Shown piece after piece: positions 54,685-64,000 of a stretch of DNA of 64,000 nt. The notes under the pieces are model-generated. The model worked only from the letters and a program-made list of their open reading frames with translations, did not search any database and was not told the origin of the DNA. The stretch comes from Felis catus (Eukaryota). The position numbers and the translations under genes were made by a program. Position 1 is the first letter of the stretch; each line of letters begins with the position of its first letter. Where the stretch lies: contig NC_058383.1 of the NCBI RefSeq assembly GCF_018350175.1, positions 29,452,001 to 29,516,000 of the forward strand. The letters run 5' to 3'.

Positions 54685-54835
54685 CTGGAATCGGTGTGTC
54701 TGGGTGTGAACCCCCCACTCCGGCGCTTCCCGCAGGGTGACTCTGGGCAGGGCGCTTCGCCTCGCTGTGCAGCCCCGGCGCGGAGCAGCGCAAGTTAAGT
54801 GCCCGGCATACTGTAAACGCTCAATAAATCGTGCT
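54685..54835 (+). mobile_element. GC-enriched MIR at the island edge
   Basis: ctgggtgtgaacccc...gtgactctgggca...agtgcccggcatactgtaaacgctcaataaat. Confidence 0.6.
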
Positions 54836-55175
54836 GCCGCGGCCAGCGGCACCGCGTCCTGGCGTCAACCCCGCCGCCGGAGGGCACCGAGGCGGGCCCC
54901 GGGGTCGCACCCGAGCGCGGGGACCGGCTGCGAAGGGGACTGGCCCTGGCGGCTCCGCGGCCCCGGCCCGGCCGCCCCGCCCCGCCTCGCCCGCGCGAGT
55001 CCCGGGACGGCGCGGACCGGGCGGCTCCGCTGCGGCCGCCGGGCACCCCGTAGCGGCCGCCCAGGACGCGGGCCGCTCGCCGGGCCCGCTCCCCCGCCCG
55101 GCCTCGGCCTCCGCCGCTCTCACCCCCTTCTCAGTCCCCAACGGCCGCCACTGCCGGCCGCAGCTCACCTCCAGG

Positions 55176-55205
55176 GCCGCCGCCGCCGCCGCCGCCGCTG
55201 CCGCC
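55176..55205 (-). repeat. CGG/GCC trinucleotide repeat in exon 1
   Basis: (GCC)7 GCT (GCC)2 on the + strand. Confidence 0.95.
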
Positions 55206-55216
55206 ACCGCGCACGA

Positions 55217-55226
55217 TCTCGCGAGA
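55217..55226. promoter_or_regulatory. TCTCGCGAGA palindrome (BANP / CGCG element)
   Basis: Exact match next to the presumed TSS; a second partial CTCGCGA core at 55356-55362. Confidence 0.85.
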
Positions 55227-55469
55227 CTTCGCTCCCTTCGGCGCTCCCCCGCCCTCCCCGCGGCGCCGCGCCGCAAGCGCGGACCCCGGCCTGGAACCGA
55301 CACGGCGCGGCTCTCCAGAAGCCGCCCCCTGCCGCGGGGGTCAGGCGTAGCAGTGCTCGCGATCCCCCGCCCCGGCTCCTGCAGCCGTTCCCCTAGGTCC
55401 GTGACCGCGAAGGGTTAAAAGCCAGGTGCGCGACGGTCGACTCCCCTCACCTGGCCGGCCTGGTGCGCT

Positions 55470-55481
55470 TGCGCATGCGCA
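55470..55481. promoter_or_regulatory. NRF1 binding site
   Basis: Perfect palindrome TGCGCATGCGCA with overlapping half-sites on both sides. Confidence 0.85.
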
Positions 55482-55534
55482 TGCCCGGGGCCCTGGACCT
55501 GCGAGCTTTTGCAGAGTCTCGACCACGGCGACAG

Positions 55535-55720
55535 CAGTAATCCTAACCACCGGTCTTGGGGTGCTTACTGTGCCCCGGGTACTTATGCAAGTCCCCATGG
55601 GTTCTCACAACAACCCCACGAAGTGGGCATTACCATCCTCCCCACTCCAGAGAGGAAAAAACGACTAAGTGACTAGCGCCAGCTCACACTGCGAGGAGCC
55701 TGACACCCAAGCCAAAGCCC
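55535..55720 (-). mobile_element. MIR
   Basis: gtgcttactgtgcccc...ctcacaacaaccccacgaagtggg...ccccactccagagaggaaa...taagtgact. Confidence 0.65.
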
Positions 55721-56976
55721 TATTTTTCTGCCTCCGTGACAAACCCAGGCGCTGGCCTTGGCCATCCTTTGGCTGAGGGCGACGAATCTCATCGCCCGGT
55801 CTTTACTTACCTCCCCGGGTTCACCAAGGGGAGAGGGGCGCTCCTAGGTGGCCAGTTGCTACAATCTTTGAGCTGCTATCCAGAAAATGCTTCTTCTCAT
55901 TACACGAACTCCCTAAGGCCTCCCCGTGCCAGACTCAGTATAGGGCCCTGAAAACTATGTGACTATTTATATTCTTATATTCAGTGGTCTCCTTTTTAGA
56001 CTGGTGGCATTTTGATTGTAGAGAGCACCGTGGAGTGGGACACAGGACACAGGCCTAGAATGTACATGATGTTAGGGGGCACAGAGAAAGGTGTGTCTCT
56101 TTCCTAGGGGTAAACTCTTCACGTATAATTGTTTCTAAAGCAAAGGGGCTAGGATTTATTGAGGACATTTCAAGGGCGCCACCAATATTCTTCCAAGTTA
56201 AGTCCTAGGAAAATGGAGACTGGGGAAATGGAGAAACTGGCCTGAGGCTCCGTAGTGAGACAAGATGTAAACCTAATCCCGAGTCCAGAACCCAGTACTG
56301 CCTTGAACCAAAGTCCCGTGAGTGAACACAGGCTGGCTTATCTGGGCCAGCAGGCTGCTGGGAAAGCAAGAGCCTTGGAGGTTCTAGAAGCTCCTGCACG
56401 TCGCATAAGGGGCCACACGGGCTTACCCAGCCGACCTGACAGTCACATCCACATTGGCAAACATTGGCCTGCCCATTCTCCAAGCCTGTCCACCCACTCT
56501 AGCAACAATGCCATTCTCTACAGGCCAGATGTTATGGGTGCCCCTCCGTGTGCCCAAATAACCCAATCCACCTGATGGAGGAAGAAGTGAGAAAGGCAGG
56601 GAAATCGCCTCCTGGGAAGCTACAAGGTGCCAAGTCCTGCTCCAGGGACTATCCATTCATTAACTCATTTAGTCCTCCCCCAAACCCCATGTGGAAGGTA
56701 TGGTTGGTCCCCACTGTAGATAAAAAAATCAAGGAGCTAAGAGGGGAGTGAAACTGCCCAAGGATATACAGTTAGTAAGTGGGAGGGCTGGGGTTGTACC
56801 TTAGGTGGGTCTGTCCCCAGACCCACAAACTTTGGCCTCCATGACTAACAACATTCTTCATGACCCCCAAATGCCTGCATTCTCACGAAGCTAAAAACCT
56901 AGAAATCTCCTGAGCTCAGGGCTCCAGTAGAAGATACTGTGTGAGATAGAATATTCTCATCTAAAATAAGGATATA

Positions 56977-57200
56977 GGGGCGCCCGGGTGGCTTGGGCTG
57001 TTAAGCGTCCAACTCTTGGTTTCAGCTCAGGCCATGATCTCATGGCTTGTGAGTTTGAGCCCTGCACTGGGCTCTGTGCTGACAGTGCAGAGCCTGCTTG
57101 GGATGCTCTCTTTCCCTCTCTCTTTCTCTCTCTGCCCCTCCCCTGCTCGTGTTCTCTCTCTCTCTCAAATAAATAAATAACTTTAAAAGTTAAAAAAAAA
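56977..57200 (+). mobile_element. CanSINE
   Basis: TSD aaggatata. Confidence 0.9.
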
Positions 57201-57618
57201 AGGATATAAAGAGGTTGTTGGGAGGACTAGCCAAGTTATATACGAAGCACGTAGAAAAGTACCTTGCACAGATTAAGCTCTCAGCAAATTGTAGCTATTA
57301 TTACCATAGGTGCCATATCTGTGATGTTTTATTCTTTCCCCATTTCCCAATATAAACTCCCAATCGAGATGGAGGATATGACCTTATTTGCTCAGGCATG
57401 GGAAGAAAATTAGTTTCTAGCAACAATAAATGCTCTTTAATGGACAAAATTACCCCCACACTTCCTCTTGATGGTGGAAAGAAACCAGACTTTTCTGAAG
57501 CTCTGATGTGCTCTCTCTTCCCTGTTTCCTGGGGGGCTGGGGGCCAGTCTTATAACAGGTTCCCTCATTAGGAAAAGCTACCCAAATATTTTTAAGTTGT
57601 TGGCAAAAACAAAAAGAA

Positions 57619-57806
57619 ATCTGACTTCAGCTCAGGTAATGATCTCACAGTCTGTGGGTTCAAGCCCCGCATCGGGCTCTGTGCTGACAGCTCATAGCCT
57701 GGAGCCTGCTTCGGATTCTGTGTCTCCCTCTCTCTCTCTCTCTCTGCCCCTTTCCCACTCGCCCTCTGTCTCTCTCAAAAATAAACAAACATTTTTTTTT
57801 AAAAAA
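57619..57806 (+). mobile_element. 5'-truncated CanSINE
   Basis: Begins at ctgacttcagctcagg; CT region and tail. Confidence 0.85.
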
Positions 57807-57877
57807 CCCTGGGGTGATTCTAATATGCACACCTCTGAGGTATAATTTTCAAAAAGCACTATTAAAACGCCTTTTGA

Positions 57878-58094
57878 GAGCACCTGGGTGGCTCACTCTG
57901 TTAAGTGTCTGACTGTTGCTTTCAGCTCAGGTCATGATCTCATGGTTTTATGAGTTCGGGCCCTGCATCCGGCTCCATGCTGGTGGTGAAAGCCTGCTTG
58001 GGATACTCTCTTTTCCTCTCTGCCCTTTCCCCACTTGCACTCTCTCTGTCTCTCTCAAAATGGTGGAAATAAATAAATAAAACTTAAAAAAAAT
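57878..58094 (+). mobile_element. CanSINE
   Basis: TSD aaaaygccttttgag. Confidence 0.9.
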
Positions 58095-58339
58095 AAAATG
58101 CCTTTTGAGCCAGGAGAAATTTTATAATGCGATTTATTTAATGCTCATTCATTTGATAAAAATGTATTAAGCACTTAAGTATCAGTTACTGTGTTAGTAG
58201 CTGTCAGCAAGACAGGCACAGCCCATGCCCATGTCACATCGATGGCATAGAGGAAGAGACAGGTTTTAATTAAATAATTCAACCAATAGGTGTTGAAACA
58301 TTGTGTGATAAATAGAATGAGAAAGAAGAGCAAATGACC

Positions 58340-58382
58340 AAAAGAAGAGAAGAAAGAAAGAAAGAAGAAGGAAGAAAGAGGA

Positions 58383-58434
<52 letters not shown>

Positions 58435-58589
58435 AGAAGGAAGGAAGGAAGGGAGAGAGGGAGGGAGGGAGGGATGAAGGAAGGAAGAAGGAAAGAAAGA
58501 AAAAGAAAGAGAGGAAGGAAGGAAGGGAGAGAGGGAAGGAAGGAGGAAGGAAGGAAGGAGGAAAGAGGAAAGAAAGAGAGAAAGAAAGA

Positions 58590-58650
<61 letters not shown>

Positions 58651-58810
58651 GGAGAGAGGGAGGGAAGGAGGAAGAAAGGAGGAAAGAGGAAAGAAAGAGA
58701 GAAAGAAAGAGGAAGGAGGGAAGGAAGAGGAAAGAAAGAAAAAAAGAAAGAGGAAGAAAGGGAGAGAGGGAGGGAGGAAGGAAAGAGGAAAGAAAGTGAG
58801 AAACAAAGAA

Positions 58811-58851
<41 letters not shown>

Positions 58852-58905
58852 AAAAGAAAGAAAGAAAGAAAGAGAGAGACAGAGAGAAGGAGGAAGGAAG
58901 GAGGA

Positions 58906-58969
<64 letters not shown>

Positions 58970-58983
58970 AAAAGGAGAAAAGG
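58340..58983 (+). repeat. Complex polypurine (GAAA/GGAA/GGGA) tract
   Basis: ~640 bp with only about four pyrimidines on the + strand. Confidence 0.95.
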
Positions 58984-59360
58984 CAGGATGGATGGAAGGA
59001 TAGGAAAGAACTGGCTTGAATGGAGTTCTCAAGGATCTATCCGAGTGAACGAGGTAAGGAGAGGGGAAATCATTCCAGAGACAGGGACAGCATGGATCAG
59101 CAAAGAGTAGGTAGGTAAGTGTTGGTAGCTGGGAAGGCAGGGGGGGACTGGGGATTTAGGAGGCATCCCGGACCTGTACATACTGTGAGCACATGGGGAC
59201 AATGGAGAGGAGAGAACCCAAGTGGAGGTGGAAGAGTGTGGTGAGCTATGACATTGGTCCCCACATACACATCCTGCCCCGTTGGTCAATTCAAACTCTT
59301 TATGGAATCCTATCACCCTGCCCTGACCCCCACCCAGTGCTTGGTCAAGGATGGGCAGAC

Positions 59361-59790
59361 TGTAGTGACACAGCTGTCATATCGCTAGCCAATCTGTATT
59401 ATAAGCCCTGGCACCCCAGAGTGGAAGCAGGATGCAAATCTCCTGCCTCCCTGCAATTAGGACAGGGGATATGACGCAGGCCCGGGTGGCCAGATGCATC
59501 ACGTGAGATGGAATCCGCTCATGAGCTTCGGTTCTGTTCAAGTGACTGATGGCCAAAGCAGCCAGGTTTGGGCAGGGCAGCTGCAGGGTTGGACTCCCGA
59601 TGGAGAAGCTGACGGCAGTGGTAGTTGTGGTGACAGCGTTAGCTCCTGGGGCCAGGCCTGCAGTGTGGTTTGGGGCATTTTTCCTAGAAGCTTAGCCTCA
59701 ATGTCTTTTCTCCCGCCCTTGCTATGATTCTGTGGGATACCTAACTTCCTTTATTACGTTCCCCTTTCTGCTTAAACCAGCCAGTGTTCC
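59361..59790 (+). mobile_element. Old ERVL-type solo LTR (LTR33/LTR16-like)
   Basis: Starts tgtag; ends with ttcccctttctgcttaaaccagccag, typical of this LTR group. Confidence 0.55.
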
Positions 59791-59849
59791 CACCAGGAAC
59801 GCTGACCCCTCACAAGCCAAAGCCAAGTGGAGCCAAAGAGACTTGGAAA

Positions 59850-60135
59850 GAGACACACTAGGGCAGCAGTGAGCAGTGAGAAAGCATCAGGAAGCCAGTT
59901 CACTCTCCCTGCTTTCCATTGCCACCCATGGCTCTCCCCACAGCTAGGGTGGATAAGTAGGACTTACAGGGCAGAGGAACAGAGACGCCAAAGATCTTGG
60001 GTCCTTGACTACATCACCAAGCTGCTGGACCGACCCCAGACTTACAAGGCCCTGGATGTCCCCTTCCCTGAGCTAAAGCGTGTGGTTAAATCAACCTGAG
60101 TTGGCTTCTCTGTTCCCCACAGCCCAAACATTCAC
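59850..60135 (+). mobile_element. MLT1-like (MaLR) LTR fragment
   Basis: tgggtccttgactacatcaccaagctgctggacc...tgagttggcttctctgtt motifs. Confidence 0.5.
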
Positions 60136-60549
60136 ACTGGGGCAAGGAGGAGAGGAGCAGCTTATGGGGAACGGGCATACCTCTTCCCTGGCTGTGTCAG
60201 GAGCCATCCCAAGTCCTGAGCGACTTTTAACATCTATCCCTCCCACCCCTGTGCAGTTACAATCCCACTCAGGCAAGCGCTACACGATTCCGAACACTTT
60301 ATTCCAAGAGACACATCCTTCCTTCAACCCTTAACATCCTTTAACTATCTCTTTCATGGGCGCAAAGTGGTTCTGATCCTTGCCCAGATCCTACAGCTGG
60401 TAAGACAGAGCTGAAGTTCTGGAGGATCCAGATTTTTAACCACTAAGTTTAATATCATGCACCCATCCACCCTCATTACCACATAGATATATGTGCTTCC
60501 TGGCTAAATATATATTTATATTTCTAATATATATTCCTGGCTAATATAC

Positions 60550-60551
60550 TA

Positions 60552-60631
<80 letters not shown>

Positions 60632-60809
60632 CTTGGGATGTGTATATATATATATATATATATACTTGGGATGTATATATATATATATATATATACACTT
60701 GGGATGTGTATATATATATATATATATGTGTGTGTATATATACATGGGATATTACTTTAGCTTGGAATGTTATATATAACACTCCAACATATATGTGTGT
60801 ATATATACA

Positions 60810-60858
<49 letters not shown>
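60550..60858. repeat. Compound GT/AT microsatellite with internal ACTTGGGATG(T) units
   Basis: Directly visible. Confidence 0.95.
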
Positions 60859-60859
<1 letters not shown>

Positions 60860-60984
60860 GCCTTTAGCAGGAAATAAAAAAATAAAAACTCAAATCCAGC
60901 TCCTCTCTCTGGCCTTGAGCAAGCTTGTGAAGTCTCACTTTGAAATGAAAATGAAGTTAATGATGCCAGCTTCATAGAGTCTGG

Positions 60985-61262
60985 CAGTCAGCTGTGCCAT
61001 TCACCGGTGACTTCTGGCTTCCCACCTTCCGGGCTCCTGCAAGATGGGTACTTCCTGGTAGGGTCATGTGACGAGTCCTGGCCAAAGAGTGTTTTCAGAG
61101 GGATTATATGTCTGCTCTGTTGAGCAGAGCCCCCCCCCCCCCCCCGCCAATCCACTGGGGCCATATAATGTGAGCAAAACCCAAAACTTTACAGTTGGAA
61201 GCCACTGCGGATTGGGGGTGGATGGTTGTCCTCGCGTGCGCTAGCCTATCGTGACTGATGCA
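60985..61262 (+). mobile_element. MLT1-like (MaLR) LTR remnant
   Basis: gggtcatgtgac..gtcctggccaa...atgtgagcaa...aagccactgcggatt...tagcctatcgtgactgatgca. Confidence 0.6.
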
Positions 61263-61329
61263 TACGGTGTGGCCATTGGCTCATTTATTCACCTGCCATG
61301 GTCCAAGCCCCAGCTAGACACTCAAGAAA

Positions 61330-61442
61330 GGTCAGGCTGCGGTCCTGAAGATTCTGGCTCAAGATGTCTGGGGTGGAGCCCGGGCCTCTGCAGTTAGGTG
61401 GGGCTTCCGGGCGATTCTGATGCACTGGCAAGCCTGAGGTCT
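61330..61442. mobile_element. MER5A-like fragment
   Basis: gattctggctca...tctggggtggagccc...gattctgatgca. Confidence 0.55.
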
Positions 61443-63669
61443 TTGCCTTGCTACTGGCTCATCATGTGATGGGAGAGTGGGACAGGGTCCCTACCACCGA
61501 GGGCCACACAGACTGCTATCTCACACCTCTGTGCTTTGACTCATGCCGGTCCCTCTGCCTGGCATGCCTTCCCTCCACGCCTACCACCATGCCTCCAAAC
61601 ACCAGCCAAGCCTTCAGACACGCAGTTTGATGACCCCATCCTAGCGGCTGTGGCCATTCCCCACAGCGTGGGCCTACAAACAGCCTGGCATGTGTCTCCT
61701 CCCTTAGATTGCAGCCTTGTGGAGGGTGGGGCCTTGGCTTCCTTTCTCTGGGCCATCTGTCTCGCACTGTGGAGGTGGGGAGGGACCTGTGCTAAAACAT
61801 CAGCCATAGCCACCTTATTACAGGGCTCACCAAAACCAAAGCCCTACAGCTGACGAGAGAGACCCTCCCAAAAAGACTACCAGCAAAGCATTTTCGAAAG
61901 CACGTTCGGGATTCTAATCCAGCCCCTGCCGCTTTGTAGCTTTGTGACCACAAGCACCATAGTGAATCCCTTCTGAGCCTCAGTCTCTTAGACGTCAAAG
62001 GGGACGAATCACAGTACCTGCCTCACACAGCTGTTGTGAGAATTCAGTGAACTACAAGAACCGAATTAAATTCCAGCCACCTTCATCACTGTTACCATTA
62101 CTGTCACTGTCTCCTTCTTATTATTACCTCCTACCGCTACTGAGCATGCCCCCATAGCTGTCATTATTAATATAATTACTCACCACATTTTCCCTCCCTT
62201 CCCGCCAACCCTGAGCGCCTGTGCTAAGCATTCCTCCAAGAATGGAGAGTATTCTTGGAATTCTCGAAATGAGTTCTTCATTGTCTTCATTGATGGTTCA
62301 GTGCCCACAACGGTTTAGCATCCCTAGTTCCCCCCGGGGAAGTTGGCCAACCTCAGGAAGTTGGTGGCTGTCAATACCTTTCTATCCAGGCTGCGTGGAT
62401 ACAGCTAAGAAAATACAGGCTCTCCTGAGACTCCCTCCCTCACGGACTTGCCTTCCTCCGGCTCTGGGACACTCTGGGTTCATTCCTGGTTGGCCCAGCC
62501 ACTGTGAAGCTGGCCCCCACCCCTTGCTACGGGAGTGGCAGGATCCCAGTCAAATAGGCCTGTGGACTTCTGGAAGCACCGATAACACTAAAACTAATCA
62601 TAACAATAAGAACACCTGAAACGGGCTTACTTCTTTCTTCCCAGGGAGAGCTAAAAGAGGCAGGCTTTTGAGTTTCCGATCATAAATGCTCCTTATGCCA
62701 TGAGAGTAAACAACCCCTGCCTTCCTTCCTTATCTTTCATACATCCGGAGCATAGTGGGCAGAAGTCGGGTTTTGAAGAAAACATTCCTGAGGTTTCATG
62801 CTGAACAACTGTCCAAGCTGGTATGGAAAGGAAGGGAGAAACAAAATCCCCCCACACCCGAAGTGTTACAAGAGCAGGGAAGCGACCGAATAAAAACCAA
62901 ACCTCCGACGGCAAAATCAGGGAAGAGGTCAGCTAGGTTTTTCCGACCGAAGAGTTTCTGCGGACCCGGCCGGCCACGCAAGGTTTCTGCTAGGATCCCC
63001 TTTCAGGCGAAAGGCGACAAGTTCTGTGAAGAGGGAAAGAAAGACGGGAAGTCAGAGGAAAAGAGAGAAGCTCACATGTTGGGAGCAGGAAGGGCCGAGA
63101 TCAAGGAGGCGATAAGAAGGCAGCCACAAGAGGCAAGATGCTTGCAGCCAGGGCAGCGGTCAAGGTAAGAGGACCACTAGGTGAGATTTTTCTCTAGAGG
63201 GCTAGAGCGGAAAACAGGAAAACTTCCTTCCTCCTCGCCAGCTCCCCAAGACTTTGTTGACAGATAGCTGCTCAAACAAATTTGTATTCTCATTTCAGCT
63301 GACTCATTTGGCTGGAACAATAAGCTTACATTCCAGAGCCTGGGCTGACCTCATGCACCCCACTGCCCGTAAAATATTAACTATGTAATTAGTGCTTTTT
63401 GCACTAAGAAGGACCGTGAAATCTGCTGGGTTCTCTTCCGTCTCGCTTCCGACAGCAGCTTTCGGCATTCAGGGCTGTGTTCTCATGTCAGTCGTTCCCA
63501 GGGGAGAAAGGAGGGAGGAAGGGATGGGACGGAAGCATGTTTTACCATTTATCCAGATTGAAGGATCAGCCCTCGAACGAAAAAAAAAAGTTGCGAATAA
63601 AGAAAAATACAAAGATAGAGAGAGGCTGTGGTGATGAGTTGAAATCAGTAGTCTGGTTATAAACTGAAG

Positions 63670-64000
63670 TTTTTAAATAAATAGACAGATAAAGATATAA
63701 ATACAGAGGTGTGTATTTGCACGGACCGATACACATATTTCCAGGCTCTGAACACTGAGAGGTCCTAGAAGCAAGGATGCCTCAGTAGCAGTGAGCACCC
63801 TTAACACTCGTATCTTAGTTTCTAAGCACCATACTCCAATCAAAGGAACCAGGGCTCTGGGCAGAAGCGGTTGCTTCCAGAGCCGGGGCAAGGAAAATAC
63901 AAGATGAGCCAGGAACACCATGCAGTGCCAGAAAGCAATTTAAGCAACAAAAACAACAAAAGCCAGTAGTATTGGATTATAAACCTTGAAGGGAAATAAA
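63670..64000 (+). mobile_element. L1MD/MC 3'UTR fragment
   Basis: ctgagaggtcctagaagca...cagtagcagtgagcacc...aaaggaaccagggctc...aaaatacaagatgagcc motif series. Confidence 0.75.

Larger units (their letters stand above)
1..55230 (-). other. TMCC1: 5' portion (non-coding exons 1-3 and long introns) of a minus-strand gene, tentatively TMCC1; first large coding exon presumably left of the window
   Basis: CpG island with minus-strand donor CTGGAG|GTGAGC; 249-nt and 54-nt internal exons with canonical splice sites; intronic L1s mostly antisense. The name rests only on my unverified recollection of human TMCC1 5' architecture (short GC-rich exon 1, ~250-nt exon 2, ~50-nt exon 3). No coding sequence is present to confirm it. 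Confidence 0.55.
55169..55230 (-). other. TMCC1: Exon 1 (non-coding; TSS approximate)
   Basis: Minus strand reads GAAGTCTCGCGAGATCGTGCGCGGTGGCGGCAGC(GGC)7CCTGGAG|GTGAGC; strong donor inside the CpG island; no ATG. Confidence 0.7.
54700..55530. promoter_or_regulatory. CpG island promoter
   Basis: Very high GC and CpG density with GC-box-like motifs (CCCCGCCC), against a CpG-depleted background. Confidence 0.95.

Noticed and set aside
54737..55418. ORFs of 160-219 aa with poly-Ala/Arg across the CpG island
   Set aside because: Stop-poor GC-rich sequence, open on both strands, near-cognate starts and no recognisable domain.
4784..57883. Recurring peptides such as GAPGWRSRLSVRLQ and SLEPASDSVSPSLSAPP
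   Set aside because: Translations of CanSINE copies, not a gene family.
352..58094. tRNA-like A/B box sequences
   Set aside because: They are the tRNA-derived heads of CanSINEs, not tRNA genes.
58175..59110. Long ORFs (285, 181, 175 and 104 aa) rich in F/L/S or K/E/R
   Set aside because: Translations of the GAAA polypurine repeat, which lacks stop codons by composition.
60549..60975. CRISPR-like repeat/spacer look of the ACTTGGGATG units, and the VC/YI ORFs
   Set aside because: The spacers are (AT)n microsatellite, the context is mammalian and there are no cas genes.

Overview
Mammalian genomic DNA, almost certainly a felid (domestic cat or close relative), judged from more than 20 felid-type tRNA-derived CanSINEs with target-site duplications. 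No prokaryotic features, RNA genes or credible protein-coding exons were found; the supplied ORFs are almost all repeat or GC-bias artefacts. The window holds a CpG-island promoter (~54.7-55.5 kb) with a TCTCGCGAGA BANP motif, an NRF1 palindrome and a 5'-UTR CGG repeat. It drives a minus-strand gene whose apparently non-coding 5' exons lie at about 55169-55230, 45372-45620 and 7799-7852; the first large coding exon would be left of the window. This layout matches my unverified recollection of TMCC1, so the name is tentative. The rest is intron and upstream DNA rich in SINE, L1, L2, MIR, MER and LTR remnants and simple repeats. The most interesting signal is that the 249-nt exon 2 ends in ...TGATGTGAAT, so splicing to any G-starting exon creates an AUG. 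Forward splicing to exon 3 would give MTKFKILNFSAYFKKTPK..., and back-splicing of exon 2 onto itself would give a 50-aa ORF. Candidate cassette exons with poly-C acceptor tracts and a candidate divergent transcript are also visible. All of these are hypotheses drawn from sequence alone.
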